Source of the DNA: Bacteroides sp.
Lineage (GTDB): Bacteria > Bacteroidota > Bacteroidia > Bacteroidales > Muribaculaceae
Length of the DNA: 64,000 bases
NCBI GenBank assembly: GCA_014802445.1
Contig: JAAVCF010000008.1
Location: forward strand, 159,792 to 223,791
Direction: 5' to 3'
Numbering within the stretch: the first letter of the stretch is position 1; the number at the start of each line of letters is the position of its first letter. Under the pieces are notes generated by a model, which made no database searches, had not been told where the DNA came from, and worked only from the letters and a program-made list of their open reading frames with translations. Positions 19,183 through 27,155 of the stretch are shown here, in pieces. The translations under genes and the position numbers were made by a program.

Positions 19183-19662
19183 ATGACCTACAAAGTTCCT
19201 TATAGCAAATTCTGCATCATCTTCACCCTCAGCTTCATTGTCATGATGGCTTGCGTGGCCTTTATGACGCGTGGCGACCTCTGGATGTGTATCACCGTCT
19301 CGGCTTTGCTCGCCATCCCCTTGGTGGCGTCGTTCTTTTTCGCCCCGGTGAAAATAGTGGTCACCGCAAGCTCTGTCACGCTCTGCAGCCCTCTCTGGCG
19401 CCGGTCAATCCCCATGAACCGCATTGCAAGCGCCGAGCCTTTCCAGCCCACCATGGGCACTCAGCGCATCTGTGCCTCCGGCGGCTTCATGGGCTACTGG
19501 GGCATCTTCGCCGAGCGTGACCTCGGCCGCTTCTTCGGCTTCTTCGGAAAAGCCTCCGGCTGCGTCCTCCTCCGCCTCACCGACGGAAGCAAATACGTCA
19601 CCGGCAGCAAGGACCCCGCCTCTCTCTGCGCCTTCATCACCTCCTCCCTCACCGCCCGTTAA
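19183..19662 (+). CDS. membrane protein with bacterial PH-like domain
   Basis: Two N-terminal TM helices followed by a small beta-rich domain. The track start at 19174 is TTG. The ATG at 19183 lies 6 nt after a TAACTTTG box (19169-19176), which suggests a leaderless mRNA. Confidence 0.6.
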   Translation: MTYKVPYSKFCIIFTLSFIVMMACVAFMTRGDLWMCITVSALLAIPLVASFFFAPVKIVVTASSVTLCSPLWRRSIPMNRIASAEPFQPTMGTQRICASGGFMGYWGIFAERDLGRFFGFFGKASGCVLLRLTDGSKYVTGSKDPASLCAFITSSLTAR

Positions 19663-19667
19663 GTTCA

Positions 19668-19692
19668 GAAAAAACGCTCCCGTCGGGGAGCG
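19668..19692 (-). terminator. terminator for the 19701-20303 lipoprotein gene (possibly bidirectional)
   Basis: On the minus strand: CGCTCCC-CGAC-GGGAGCG followed by TTTTTT. Confidence 0.7.
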
Positions 19693-19700
19693 CTTCTCGC

Positions 19701-20303
19701 TTATTGTTTCAGCTTTTCCATATCAAGGTTCGGCAAATATTCTCGAATCTTATCTGCCGGTATTGACACCGAACAGTTTCCTGAATTTATCCGCATGTTC
19801 ACCTGCGGCGCATTCATAACCTGGCCGTTCACTATCACAGCTAATCTTTTACCGATGTTCTCCTCGGTAATGGCAGCCCACTTGTCGGCATCTGCAAATC
19901 GAAAAGCCACTTGCACATTCCCCTCATATTCCGGGAGAGAATTAGCTGTAGTCACCTTCACTCGTTCTGAGAGCAACGGCTCATCTTCATACGCCACCAG
20001 CCATACAGTGCCGTCGCTGCTCTCAATTGTCCAGCCGAAGCTGAAATGTCCTGTTTCAGGTTTAATCCCTGCCAGAGCCTGATTCACCTGAGCCGTATCT
20101 GCCACTCTGTATTTGCAATCCGTAGTGATGCCAATGCCGTTGACGGTGTCATTAAACTCCCAAGCCCTATGCACGGTCACGTTCCACTCCTCTCCGGAAA
20201 TCTTCTGAGTCTTTTCGCTGCTTGTGTTCCCGCAGCCTGATAGCCCTGCCATCATCATAATAATTCCGACAAGCCAAGCTTTAATGTTCAGGATTTTTGC
20301 CAT
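19701..20303 (-). CDS. lipoprotein with SecD-P1-head-like segment (function unknown)
   Basis: Lipobox LSGC. RLAVIVNGQVMNAPQVNMRINSGNCSVSI resembles the SecD periplasmic head motif. Confidence 0.55.
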   Translation of the reverse strand: MAKILNIKAWLVGIIMMMAGLSGCGNTSSEKTQKISGEEWNVTVHRAWEFNDTVNGIGITTDCKYRVADTAQVNQALAGIKPETGHFSFGWTIESSDGTVWLVAYEDEPLLSERVKVTTANSLPEYEGNVQVAFRFADADKWAAITEENIGKRLAVIVNGQVMNAPQVNMRINSGNCSVSIPADKIREYLPNLDMEKLKQ

Positions 20304-20552
20304 AACCGTGATGTTTTAGTGTTCGGATGCAAATATAGTGGAAATAGTTGAGTGTGGTGCATCTCTCCGCTTTTATTTCCGTCTGCTCCCCGCCAGTTAA
20401 GGCCCTGAAAAGCTCCGTTAAGACATTTAAGGGCAATTACCGTTGTTAATCAGGAGTTTACAAAAGCCGCATTAAGACAATTCATCTCCCCGTTTAGTGC
20501 CTGAAATCGCTCCTGAGGGGGTAATTTTGCGATGAACAAAAACCATCGCAAA

Positions 20553-22613
20553 ATGAAAGCTTTGTCATTCTTACCATTCCTTCTTGTGGCCTCCCTTCAG
20601 GCTTGGGCGCAGGATGAACCTCAGTCAACAGAGCTCGCCGAAGTCACGGTTGAAGCCTCGCGCGTCATTCATAAATCCGACATGGAGGTCTACATTCCGT
20701 CGGCCTCGGCGGTTACCAACGCGGCCAATAGTCTCCAGCTCCTTTCCAATCTCAGGATTCCGGCAGTGCAGGTCAACGATGTGCTCTCTTCGGTCAAATT
20801 CGGCGGTCAGGATATTCAGCTGCGCATCAACGGGCGCACGGCGTCTGCCTCGCAGCTCAATGCCGTGAGCCCTGAAAGCGTCAAGCGCGTGGAATGGATT
20901 GAGAATCCCGGCTTGCGCTATAATGGCGCTCCTGCGGTGCTGAATCTCATCGTTACTAACCCCACGCTCGGCGGTTCGGTAATGGCAAGCGCCATGCCGG
21001 CCCTCAACAGTGCCTGGGGCTACTATATGGCGGATGTGAAGCTCAATTCCGGCCGGTCCCAGTGGGAGGCGCTGGCCAATTTCAAACTCACCGAGAATAT
21101 CGGTTCCCACCGTGACTATTCCGAGACTTTCACCCGCCCTGACGGCAGCTCGCTCACCCGCACCGAATCCCCATTGTCAGGCCATTTCGACAATTCTTTC
21201 GGCCATGCGCGCCTGTCATATAACTATGTCAAGCCCGACACCACGATGCTCTATGTCAGCCTCGGCGCATCCCGCAATTTCTCTGATAGTTTCTATTATC
21301 GGGGGTTGCTCTCGCTCAGCGACGGCTCTCCTGACATCACGGTGTGTGATTCCCACGGCAATCCGGGCACCACTCCCTCCCTGTCGGCCTATTTCGAGCA
21401 TCATCTCCCCCACAGTCAGATAATTGTGGCTGACTTCAATGCGTCGCTCTTCTCGGGCCACTCTTCCAATGACCATTCTGAATCCACTCCAAGCGGGATT
21501 CTCAGTGACATCCATACCTCCATCAGTGACCGCAACGCCGCTTACGCCCTTGAGGCTAACTACATCAAGCATTGGCGCATGGCACGCCTCACTGCAGGCG
21601 CTTCCTACACGGCCAACCGCAATCGCTCGGTCTACAATAATCTGCCCGGCGAGGCTTTCCACCAGCGTCAGGACCGCGCTTATCTTTTCGCTGAATATAA
21701 TCACCGCATAGGCAACGTCAGCCTCACAGGCGGTCTTGGGGCCCAATTTATCTCCTTCATGGCCGCCGAGAGCGGTCAGGGTGAGTCATCGTGGCATCTC
21801 CGCCCGCAGGTCTCGGCGTCATGGAATCTCCCGCGCAACTCTCAGTTACGCCTCGACTTCACTTCGTGGCAAACAGCCCCGTCGCTCGTCGAAACCAATC
21901 CCGTCGAGCAGCAGATTGACGGCTTCCAGTGGCAGATGGGTAATCCTCTCCTCCACACTTCGCGGAGCTATAAGCTCACCGCGCAGTATTCTTTCTCGCT
22001 TCCACGGGTAAGCGGCGTCCTGGCCGTGTGTGGCTACTCATCGCCGGATGCCGTCACTCCCTTCATGCAGTGGGACGCCGACAGGCTCGTCACGTCGTTT
22101 GAAAACAGCCGGGGGCTGCGCAATCTCTGCCTCTGGCTTGCTCCTGAAATCGTCATTGTGCCGCGTCATCTGGCAATTGGCGGCGTGATTCGCTATCGTG
22201 CCGAGCAGATGAAGGGACAGAACTATACGCATTATAACCATGACCTCAGCGGCGAGATTGACCTCATGGCCTCCTATAAGGGCTGGATGTTCATGGCCAC
22301 TTACATCCGCGCCGAGCGCACTCTCTGGGGCGAGAAAATCATCTGGGGCGAAAGCACGTCAATAATCAGCCTGGCCTACTCTCTGCGCAATTGGCGCTTC
22401 ACGGCGGGTGTCCTCAATCCGTTCGGCAAGTATGACCAAGGCAGCAAATCGCTCAACCGCTGGAACACCAATGAGTCGCATCTGCGCCTCGACATGTGCA
22501 TGCCGTTCCTCAGGGTCAACTACAATCTCAATTGGGGGCGCCAGAAGCGCAGTTCGGGCAAACTCATTTCCGTTGATGCCACCCCCGCTCAGTCATCGGC
22601 CGCCTCACGCTGA
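20553..22613 (+). CDS. outer-membrane beta-barrel protein with TonB-receptor-plug-like N-domain
   Basis: Signal peptide MKALSFLPFLLVASLQAWA, plug-like region (EVTVEASR...VKRVEWIENPG) and a long alternating beta-strand region. The ATG at 20553 is preferred because the -7 box at 20522-20529 is too close to the ATG at 20532. Confidence 0.75.
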   Translation: MKALSFLPFLLVASLQAWAQDEPQSTELAEVTVEASRVIHKSDMEVYIPSASAVTNAANSLQLLSNLRIPAVQVNDVLSSVKFGGQDIQLRINGRTASASQLNAVSPESVKRVEWIENPGLRYNGAPAVLNLIVTNPTLGGSVMASAMPALNSAWGYYMADVKLNSGRSQWEALANFKLTENIGSHRDYSETFTRPDGSSLTRTESPLSGHFDNSFGHARLSYNYVKPDTTMLYVSLGASRNFSDSFYYRGLLSLSDGSPDITVCDSHGNPGTTPSLSAYFEHHLPHSQIIVADFNASLFSGHSSNDHSESTPSGILSDIHTSISDRNAAYALEANYIKHWRMARLTAGASYTANRNRSVYNNLPGEAFHQRQDRAYLFAEYNHRIGNVSLTGGLGAQFISFMAAESGQGESSWHLRPQVSASWNLPRNSQLRLDFTSWQTAPSLVETNPVEQQIDGFQWQMGNPLLHTSRSYKLTAQYSFSLPRVSGVLAVCGYSSPDAVTPFMQWDADRLVTSFENSRGLRNLCLWLAPEIVIVPRHLAIGGVIRYRAEQMKGQNYTHYNHDLSGEIDLMASYKGWMFMATYIRAERTLWGEKIIWGESTSIISLAYSLRNWRFTAGVLNPFGKYDQGSKSLNRWNTNESHLRLDMCMPFLRVNYNLNWGRQKRSSGKLISVDATPAQSSAASR

Positions 22614-24217
22614 CGCTGCGTGAGCTGTGCTATGAAATCGCCGTCGGCAGGAGTGGCAAGCTTCTTGCGGATGGCGGTTTTGCGCACATAGATTGTGGCG
22701 CTGCTCTGCTCCGTCAGCACTCCTATCTCCTTGGTCGAAAATCCGGCGCGGATCAGGCATATTATCTGCACCTCTTTTTCGGTCAGCTGGGGATGCTCGG
22801 CAACGAGGCGGCTGTAGAAGCCGTCATAGAGATCATCCTCCGCTGCATAGAGTGCGTCCCAGTCCACTAACCCGTCGCCTCCTCCGGCCAGTGAGATTGT
22901 GCGGAGTGCGGCGCGGTTCTGCGCGGTGGGGGCTTCGGCAAATGCCTTGAGGATGTCAAAATGGCGCAGGAGCGAGTTTTTAAGCTTGCTCTCGGGGCGC
23001 TCTTTAAGCTCTTTCACGAGGGTTTGGAGGGCTTCGGCGCGCTCTTCGGCCTCCACGGTGAGCTTCCTGCGCCGGCTGAGCAGCAACCATCCTGCGGTGA
23101 CCACTATCAGCAGTGCCGTTATCACCACGGAGATTACCAGCCACAGGCGCTGACGCTCAAGCGCGAGCCTGTAGTTTTCGCTATACAGATTATGGACCGT
23201 TTCAAGGGCCGTCATACGGTCAAGCAGCGCCAACCTCAACGAGGTCTCGGCACGCTTGGGAATCATCACCAGCTCATTCACAGGCAGCTTCCCTGTCTTC
23301 TTGTACTCTATGGCGCTCCTCAGAATGCCGGCTCTCACGTAGGCTTCGGGGTGCTGCGCCAGGTTGGCTTCATTCAGTGAGTCAAGGGCCGCCAGGGCGC
23401 CTGAGGTGTCGCCGTTTGACAGGCGGAATTGTGCCAGGGAGAGCAGGCGCGATTCGTGCTCTGTCGCGTCAGGAGCGGGACCGAGCGCTTCCACTCTCTC
23501 CATCACTCTCAGCGCTTCGTCACTCTTGCCGGCGCCTTCAAGTATGTGGGCGTAGTCACACATAAACTCGGCCCACGCTCCCGTGCCTTCGGCGGGCAGG
23601 AAGTCACTTTCGGCGATTTTTCGCCCTTTTTGCAGTGCTATGTCGGTGTTGCCGCGCATATATTCGCCGGCCATCACCATGGTGGAATAGCGCATCAAAT
23701 CCTCGGGCTTCGTGGTGTGACAGGCAAGCCACGACGCGTCACTGACAAACACGTCCAGATCCTGCTGCAGAAATGCAAGCTCCATGCGCCCGCAGCGGAG
23801 CTCCCACTGCAGCTCGGGCTGGCTCACCTGCTCCAGCACAGTGTCAATCACCGCCGCGCCTTTCGCATAATCGCCGCTCACATAGTAGCGGGCGGCAAGC
23901 ATCTTTGAGGCCACACACCATCTCAGCGTGTCGCCCTGACTGCGGAAATAAGCCGCCGACTCGTCAAGCAGGGTGTCGGTGAGCAGCGAGCGCCCCAGCG
24001 AGGCGGTGGCATACCCTTTTATATAGGCAAATTCAGCCACCTGCTTGTCCGTGCGGAGGTTCTCCCGTCGGATACCGTCAAGAATCACCAGGGCCGTGTC
24101 AGGATTCGTGGCCACCGCATCGGCGGCAGCACGCAATCTCTGCTCGGTGTCACTGACGCATGATGTTGCCACGCATGCAGCCACCATAAGCCAAACCATG
24201 TAAACCAATCTGCGCAT
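22589..24217 (-). CDS. membrane-anchored one-component regulator: periplasmic TPR-like domain, one TM helix, cytoplasmic LuxR/GerE HTH
   Basis: Lipoprotein-type signal (VATSC), about 330 aa of helical-repeat region, TM helix LWLVISVVITALLIVVTAGWLLL, and C-terminal LTEKEVQIICLIRAGFSTKEIGVLTEQSSATIYVRKTAIRKKL. Confidence 0.75.
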   Translation of the reverse strand: MRRLVYMVWLMVAACVATSCVSDTEQRLRAAADAVATNPDTALVILDGIRRENLRTDKQVAEFAYIKGYATASLGRSLLTDTLLDESAAYFRSQGDTLRWCVASKMLAARYYVSGDYAKGAAVIDTVLEQVSQPELQWELRCGRMELAFLQQDLDVFVSDASWLACHTTKPEDLMRYSTMVMAGEYMRGNTDIALQKGRKIAESDFLPAEGTGAWAEFMCDYAHILEGAGKSDEALRVMERVEALGPAPDATEHESRLLSLAQFRLSNGDTSGALAALDSLNEANLAQHPEAYVRAGILRSAIEYKKTGKLPVNELVMIPKRAETSLRLALLDRMTALETVHNLYSENYRLALERQRLWLVISVVITALLIVVTAGWLLLSRRRKLTVEAEERAEALQTLVKELKERPESKLKNSLLRHFDILKAFAEAPTAQNRAALRTISLAGGGDGLVDWDALYAAEDDLYDGFYSRLVAEHPQLTEKEVQIICLIRAGFSTKEIGVLTEQSSATIYVRKTAIRKKLATPADGDFIAQLTQRQREAADD

Positions 24218-24740
24218 AACGGCAAAATTACTAATTCCCTGTCAAGCGGCAAGTTTTCGCCGTGTCTCTTTTGAAGTTTTTTTGCGTCAATGTAAAAAAG
24301 TGGTTGTTAAGACATACTGTTGACGTTGCGGGCCGGGAGCGCCGATACCCCGCTAAACTCACATTTTTAACACATTAATCCGGTTTTACATCTGACCCGT
24401 TTTTTTTCACCCAAGGGTCAGGATGTCCCTTTTTTCGTTTCGTGGGGTGCTATCTTTGCATTGTCATCCTTCCTCAATTCCGCTTTAAGCTCCGCAATGC
24501 CATCATCATCATTAAGGAGGGGTGACACTCACCGGACACGTCGCAGTCGCGACCGGCGTGGTCCGGAGGGCGAAGGCCCGGAGGTCTTTCTCCACCCCTT
24601 TAACCCTTTTCCATCTCGCTCCAATCGGAGAAAGGCCGACATTCGGCAATAACCCTGACAATCAGAGGCAGGGGCATCAACCCGGGCGGGGGATGCTCCC
24701 TGTCTTTGTGCCCTTACGGTTCATCTTTTCGTGAAAGCGC

Positions 24741-24780
24741 CGAAAAAGTCAAGGGCGCTCCTCAGTGTGAGAAGCGCCCC
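24741..24780 (-). terminator. terminator after rpmE2
   Basis: On the minus strand: GGGCGCT...AGCGCCC stem followed by TTGACTTTTTCGG. Confidence 0.6.
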
Positions 24781-24803
24781 TGTGTATTGATTGTGACGGT
24801 CAA

Positions 24804-25058
24804 TTACTTCTTCTTGCGGTTGCCGTAGCGGCTCATGAACTTGTCCACACGACCTGCGGTGTCGACAAGCTTCTGCTTGCCGGTGAAGAAGGGGTGGCTT
24901 GATGAGGTGATTTCAAGCTTTACCAGAGGATAGGTCACACCGTCAACTTCGATAGTCTCCTTAGAGGCGATAGTAGAACGAGTGATGAAGATTTCATCAT
25001 TTGACATGTCCTTGAACACAACTTCGCGATAGCTTGAAGGATGGATATCTTTTTTCAT
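24804..25058 (-). CDS. rpmE2: 50S ribosomal protein L31, type B (no CxxC zinc motif)
   Basis: [17 protein letters not shown]...[10 protein letters not shown] minus-strand TAAATTTG box sits at 25129-25136. Confidence 0.93.
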   Translation of the reverse strand: MKKDIHPSSYREVVFKDMSNDEIFITRSTIASKETIEVDGVTYPLVKLEITSSSHPFFTGKQKLVDTAGRVDKFMSRYGNRKKK

Positions 25059-25187
25059 TTTTCTTTTCAGTTATATGGATGTGATAAAATGCCGCGCTGG
25101 TAAGGCGCCTTCATTCGTAATGGCGCCGCAAATTTACGCTTTATTTTTCAGAGCACCAAACCTTTCAATGTTTATTTTCACGTTTTT

Positions 25188-26948
25188 TCACTTTATAGCC
25201 ACTTTTTTCGCTCCGCAGCTGCTGCTCACGGCTATATACATCCCTGCAGGCAGGCTGACGCTGCTGCCGCACGCCGTCAGGGCGCCTTGAATGGTGTAGA
25301 CTCTCAGTGTGCTTCCATCGGTGGTGCTCACGGTGTTGCCGCTGACCTGAATCGTCGCTGAGGGCAGCTCGGTGCTGTCAATGGAGGCTTCTTCGGTTGA
25401 AAGCAGCAGGGTGGCCTGGCCGTCGTCGGTCATCGTGAACACCACTCGGGCATAGCTGCCGTCAGCTTGCATGTTCTGTGAGTCCGTCCCTTGGGTTAGG
25501 AGGAAGGGCTCGTCAGCCACAGGGTTGGCTCCATTATTAGCGCGTCCGTAGTTCACGCTGCCCCAGTCTTTATCGGCAATCTTGAAGCTGCCGCTGAGGG
25601 TCACGTCGGTCAGTTCATACACGCCTTTGGTGGCAGTGGTGGTAAATTCCCACGCGGCATCTGTGCCCCAACCGTTCATGTCGCCGCGAAGATAGATGCC
25701 CGACGCACGTGGCACGTCAGCTTCAATCCCCCACTGCTCGGAGAGCCACATCACTCGGTTGCTCCACAGTGAGAGAATCTTGGCGCAGTCAGCTTCCACA
25801 TCGGGGTTGCCATACTGTGGCCAGCGCTCCGCATCGTGGCGGGCTGCTTCGGCTATACGGGCTGCATAGTTGCGGATATAGGGAGCCACTTCGCCGTAGT
25901 GGTTGTCAAGGAATTGTTTCATCGCCTCGGTGTAGGCGCTCTTGAAGCTGTCGAATTTCACAATCTGCGGTATCCAGGTCTGATGCCACTGCGAGTCATA
26001 CATGAATTGCCCGGGGTCACGCATGAAGGTGCTTCCGGTATCCCATACCGGCCCCCATGTCCACAGACAGTCGGCGCCGGCGTTGCGGGTAAAGTAGCAG
26101 CTGCCGTGGAATGACTCGTAGTTGTCCGTCATCTCCTGAACCAGATAGTAGGCCGCCAGGGCTTCTTTGTCGGCAAGCTTCTCCCAGTCAGTTGACTGCG
26201 GCGATTGCTGATAGAAGGCGTTGTTGAGGGCTTCCATCTGACCCTTGAGATACTGATACTGTGCGTCGCAGAGCACTTCAGGGCTCTTGTAAGTTATCCA
26301 CATCTCAGAACCATCGCCCTCGGTCATTCTCAGCTGGTTCTCTTCCTGATAGTTGTCAATCTCAAGGAGCCAGCCGCCGGTCACGTCTGCATCGCTGTTG
26401 TCGGCCTGTTCCACAATGTCCACGCGGTCCTTGTCCACTCTCACGGTCTGGGTGAGGAAGTAAAGGCCTATGTAGTCGCCGTTGAGCACCACTTCAAGGG
26501 GACGATGCTGTGGGGTCCATGCCAGTCCGGTGAGCTCGGAGAGTTTGAAGGTGATGGGTGCGCGCAGGAAGCCGAGATTGTCGTCGGCATGCGCCATCAG
26601 CGCCCAGTGTTTGCTCTTGTCCATCCCCATGATGGGTTGCTTGCTTTCAAGCTTGAGGCGATAGGGCTTCTTGTCAAATCCGGTCCAAGTGTAGTTGCCG
26701 CGACCGCGGATCTGCATTGTCAGCGGGGCCTCTTTGCTCCCCAGCGCCTCCACTTCGGGGTCTCCTTTGGGGTCAAGCCAGTAGGAGGTGTTGGAAATGT
26801 AGGTCTCTTTTGAGGTGATGGGTTGATGGTCAGGGGTCTCGATGTAGAGCACCGGGAGCGTGCCTGACGGTTCGGCACTGAAGCCTTCGGCGGCAGTGGT
26901 GGCCACGAGCAACCCTGCAATGAATCCGGGGAGTAAAGATAATCTCAT
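25188..26948 (-). CDS. CotH-family protein with beta-sandwich carbohydrate-binding-like module and T9SS C-terminal sorting domain
   Basis: CotH-like N-terminal two thirds (LPVLYIET..., GRGNYTW, KKPYRLKL, NGDYIGLYFL). Then the module IYLRGDMNGWG...FKIADKDWGSVNYG. The C-terminus LRVYTIQGAL...LPAGMYIAV...KKVAIK is typical of a Por/T9SS CTD. Confidence 0.8.
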   Translation of the reverse strand: MRLSLLPGFIAGLLVATTAAEGFSAEPSGTLPVLYIETPDHQPITSKETYISNTSYWLDPKGDPEVEALGSKEAPLTMQIRGRGNYTWTGFDKKPYRLKLESKQPIMGMDKSKHWALMAHADDNLGFLRAPITFKLSELTGLAWTPQHRPLEVVLNGDYIGLYFLTQTVRVDKDRVDIVEQADNSDADVTGGWLLEIDNYQEENQLRMTEGDGSEMWITYKSPEVLCDAQYQYLKGQMEALNNAFYQQSPQSTDWEKLADKEALAAYYLVQEMTDNYESFHGSCYFTRNAGADCLWTWGPVWDTGSTFMRDPGQFMYDSQWHQTWIPQIVKFDSFKSAYTEAMKQFLDNHYGEVAPYIRNYAARIAEAARHDAERWPQYGNPDVEADCAKILSLWSNRVMWLSEQWGIEADVPRASGIYLRGDMNGWGTDAAWEFTTTATKGVYELTDVTLSGSFKIADKDWGSVNYGRANNGANPVADEPFLLTQGTDSQNMQADGSYARVVFTMTDDGQATLLLSTEEASIDSTELPSATIQVSGNTVSTTDGSTLRVYTIQGALTACGSSVSLPAGMYIAVSSSCGAKKVAIK

Positions 26949-27024
26949 GATGTTTGTTTTAGGTGTTGGCAGCAGCCGTCACTTTCGCTTGGCGCTGCGT
27001 TAAAGTATGTTATAATCTCTGCGG

Positions 27025-27032
27025 CAAAGGTA
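27025..27032 (-). promoter_or_regulatory. -7 promoter box (TACCTTTG) for the CotH-like gene
   Basis: Exact TAnnTTTG on the minus strand, 76 nt upstream of the ATG at 26948. Confidence 0.5.
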
Positions 27033-27077
27033 AGCATTTTTCGCCTTAGTTCCATCCTCCCGGGAGTGTCCTTTGCT

Positions 27078-27124
27078 GAAAAAAATAACAATCCCGCCGG
27101 GAGTGTTGCCTCCGCAGCGGGATT
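27078..27124 (-). terminator. terminator after the biotin carboxyltransferase gene
   Basis: On the minus strand: AATCCCGC...GCGGGATT long hairpin followed by GTTATTTTTTT. Confidence 0.75.
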
Positions 27125-27155
27125 GATGATGGGATTGCTCCCCTATGATGGGAGA

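Noticed and set aside
24459-24740. Identity of the structured region as RNase P RNA, tmRNA, SRP (4.5S) RNA or a guanidine/fluoride/TPP/cobalamin riboswitch.
   Set aside because: Diagnostic strings are absent: GGAAAGUCCGG and ACAGAAxCCGGCUUA for RNase P, the GGGGxUGA 5' end and tag ORF for tmRNA, GGAAGCAGCC for SRP, and the B12 box. GGUCCGGAGG and AAGGCCCGGAGG only loosely recall ykkC, and no downstream gene exists for a riboswitch to control. It is kept as an unclassified candidate in the findings.
25101-25128. A GGCGCC...GGCGCC hairpin considered as an L31 autoregulatory leader for rpmE2.
   Set aside because: The hairpin abuts the -7 box at 25129-25136. Its 5' arm probably lies at or upstream of the transcription start, so it may not be in the mRNA. 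It is only 6 bp and there is no supporting evidence.
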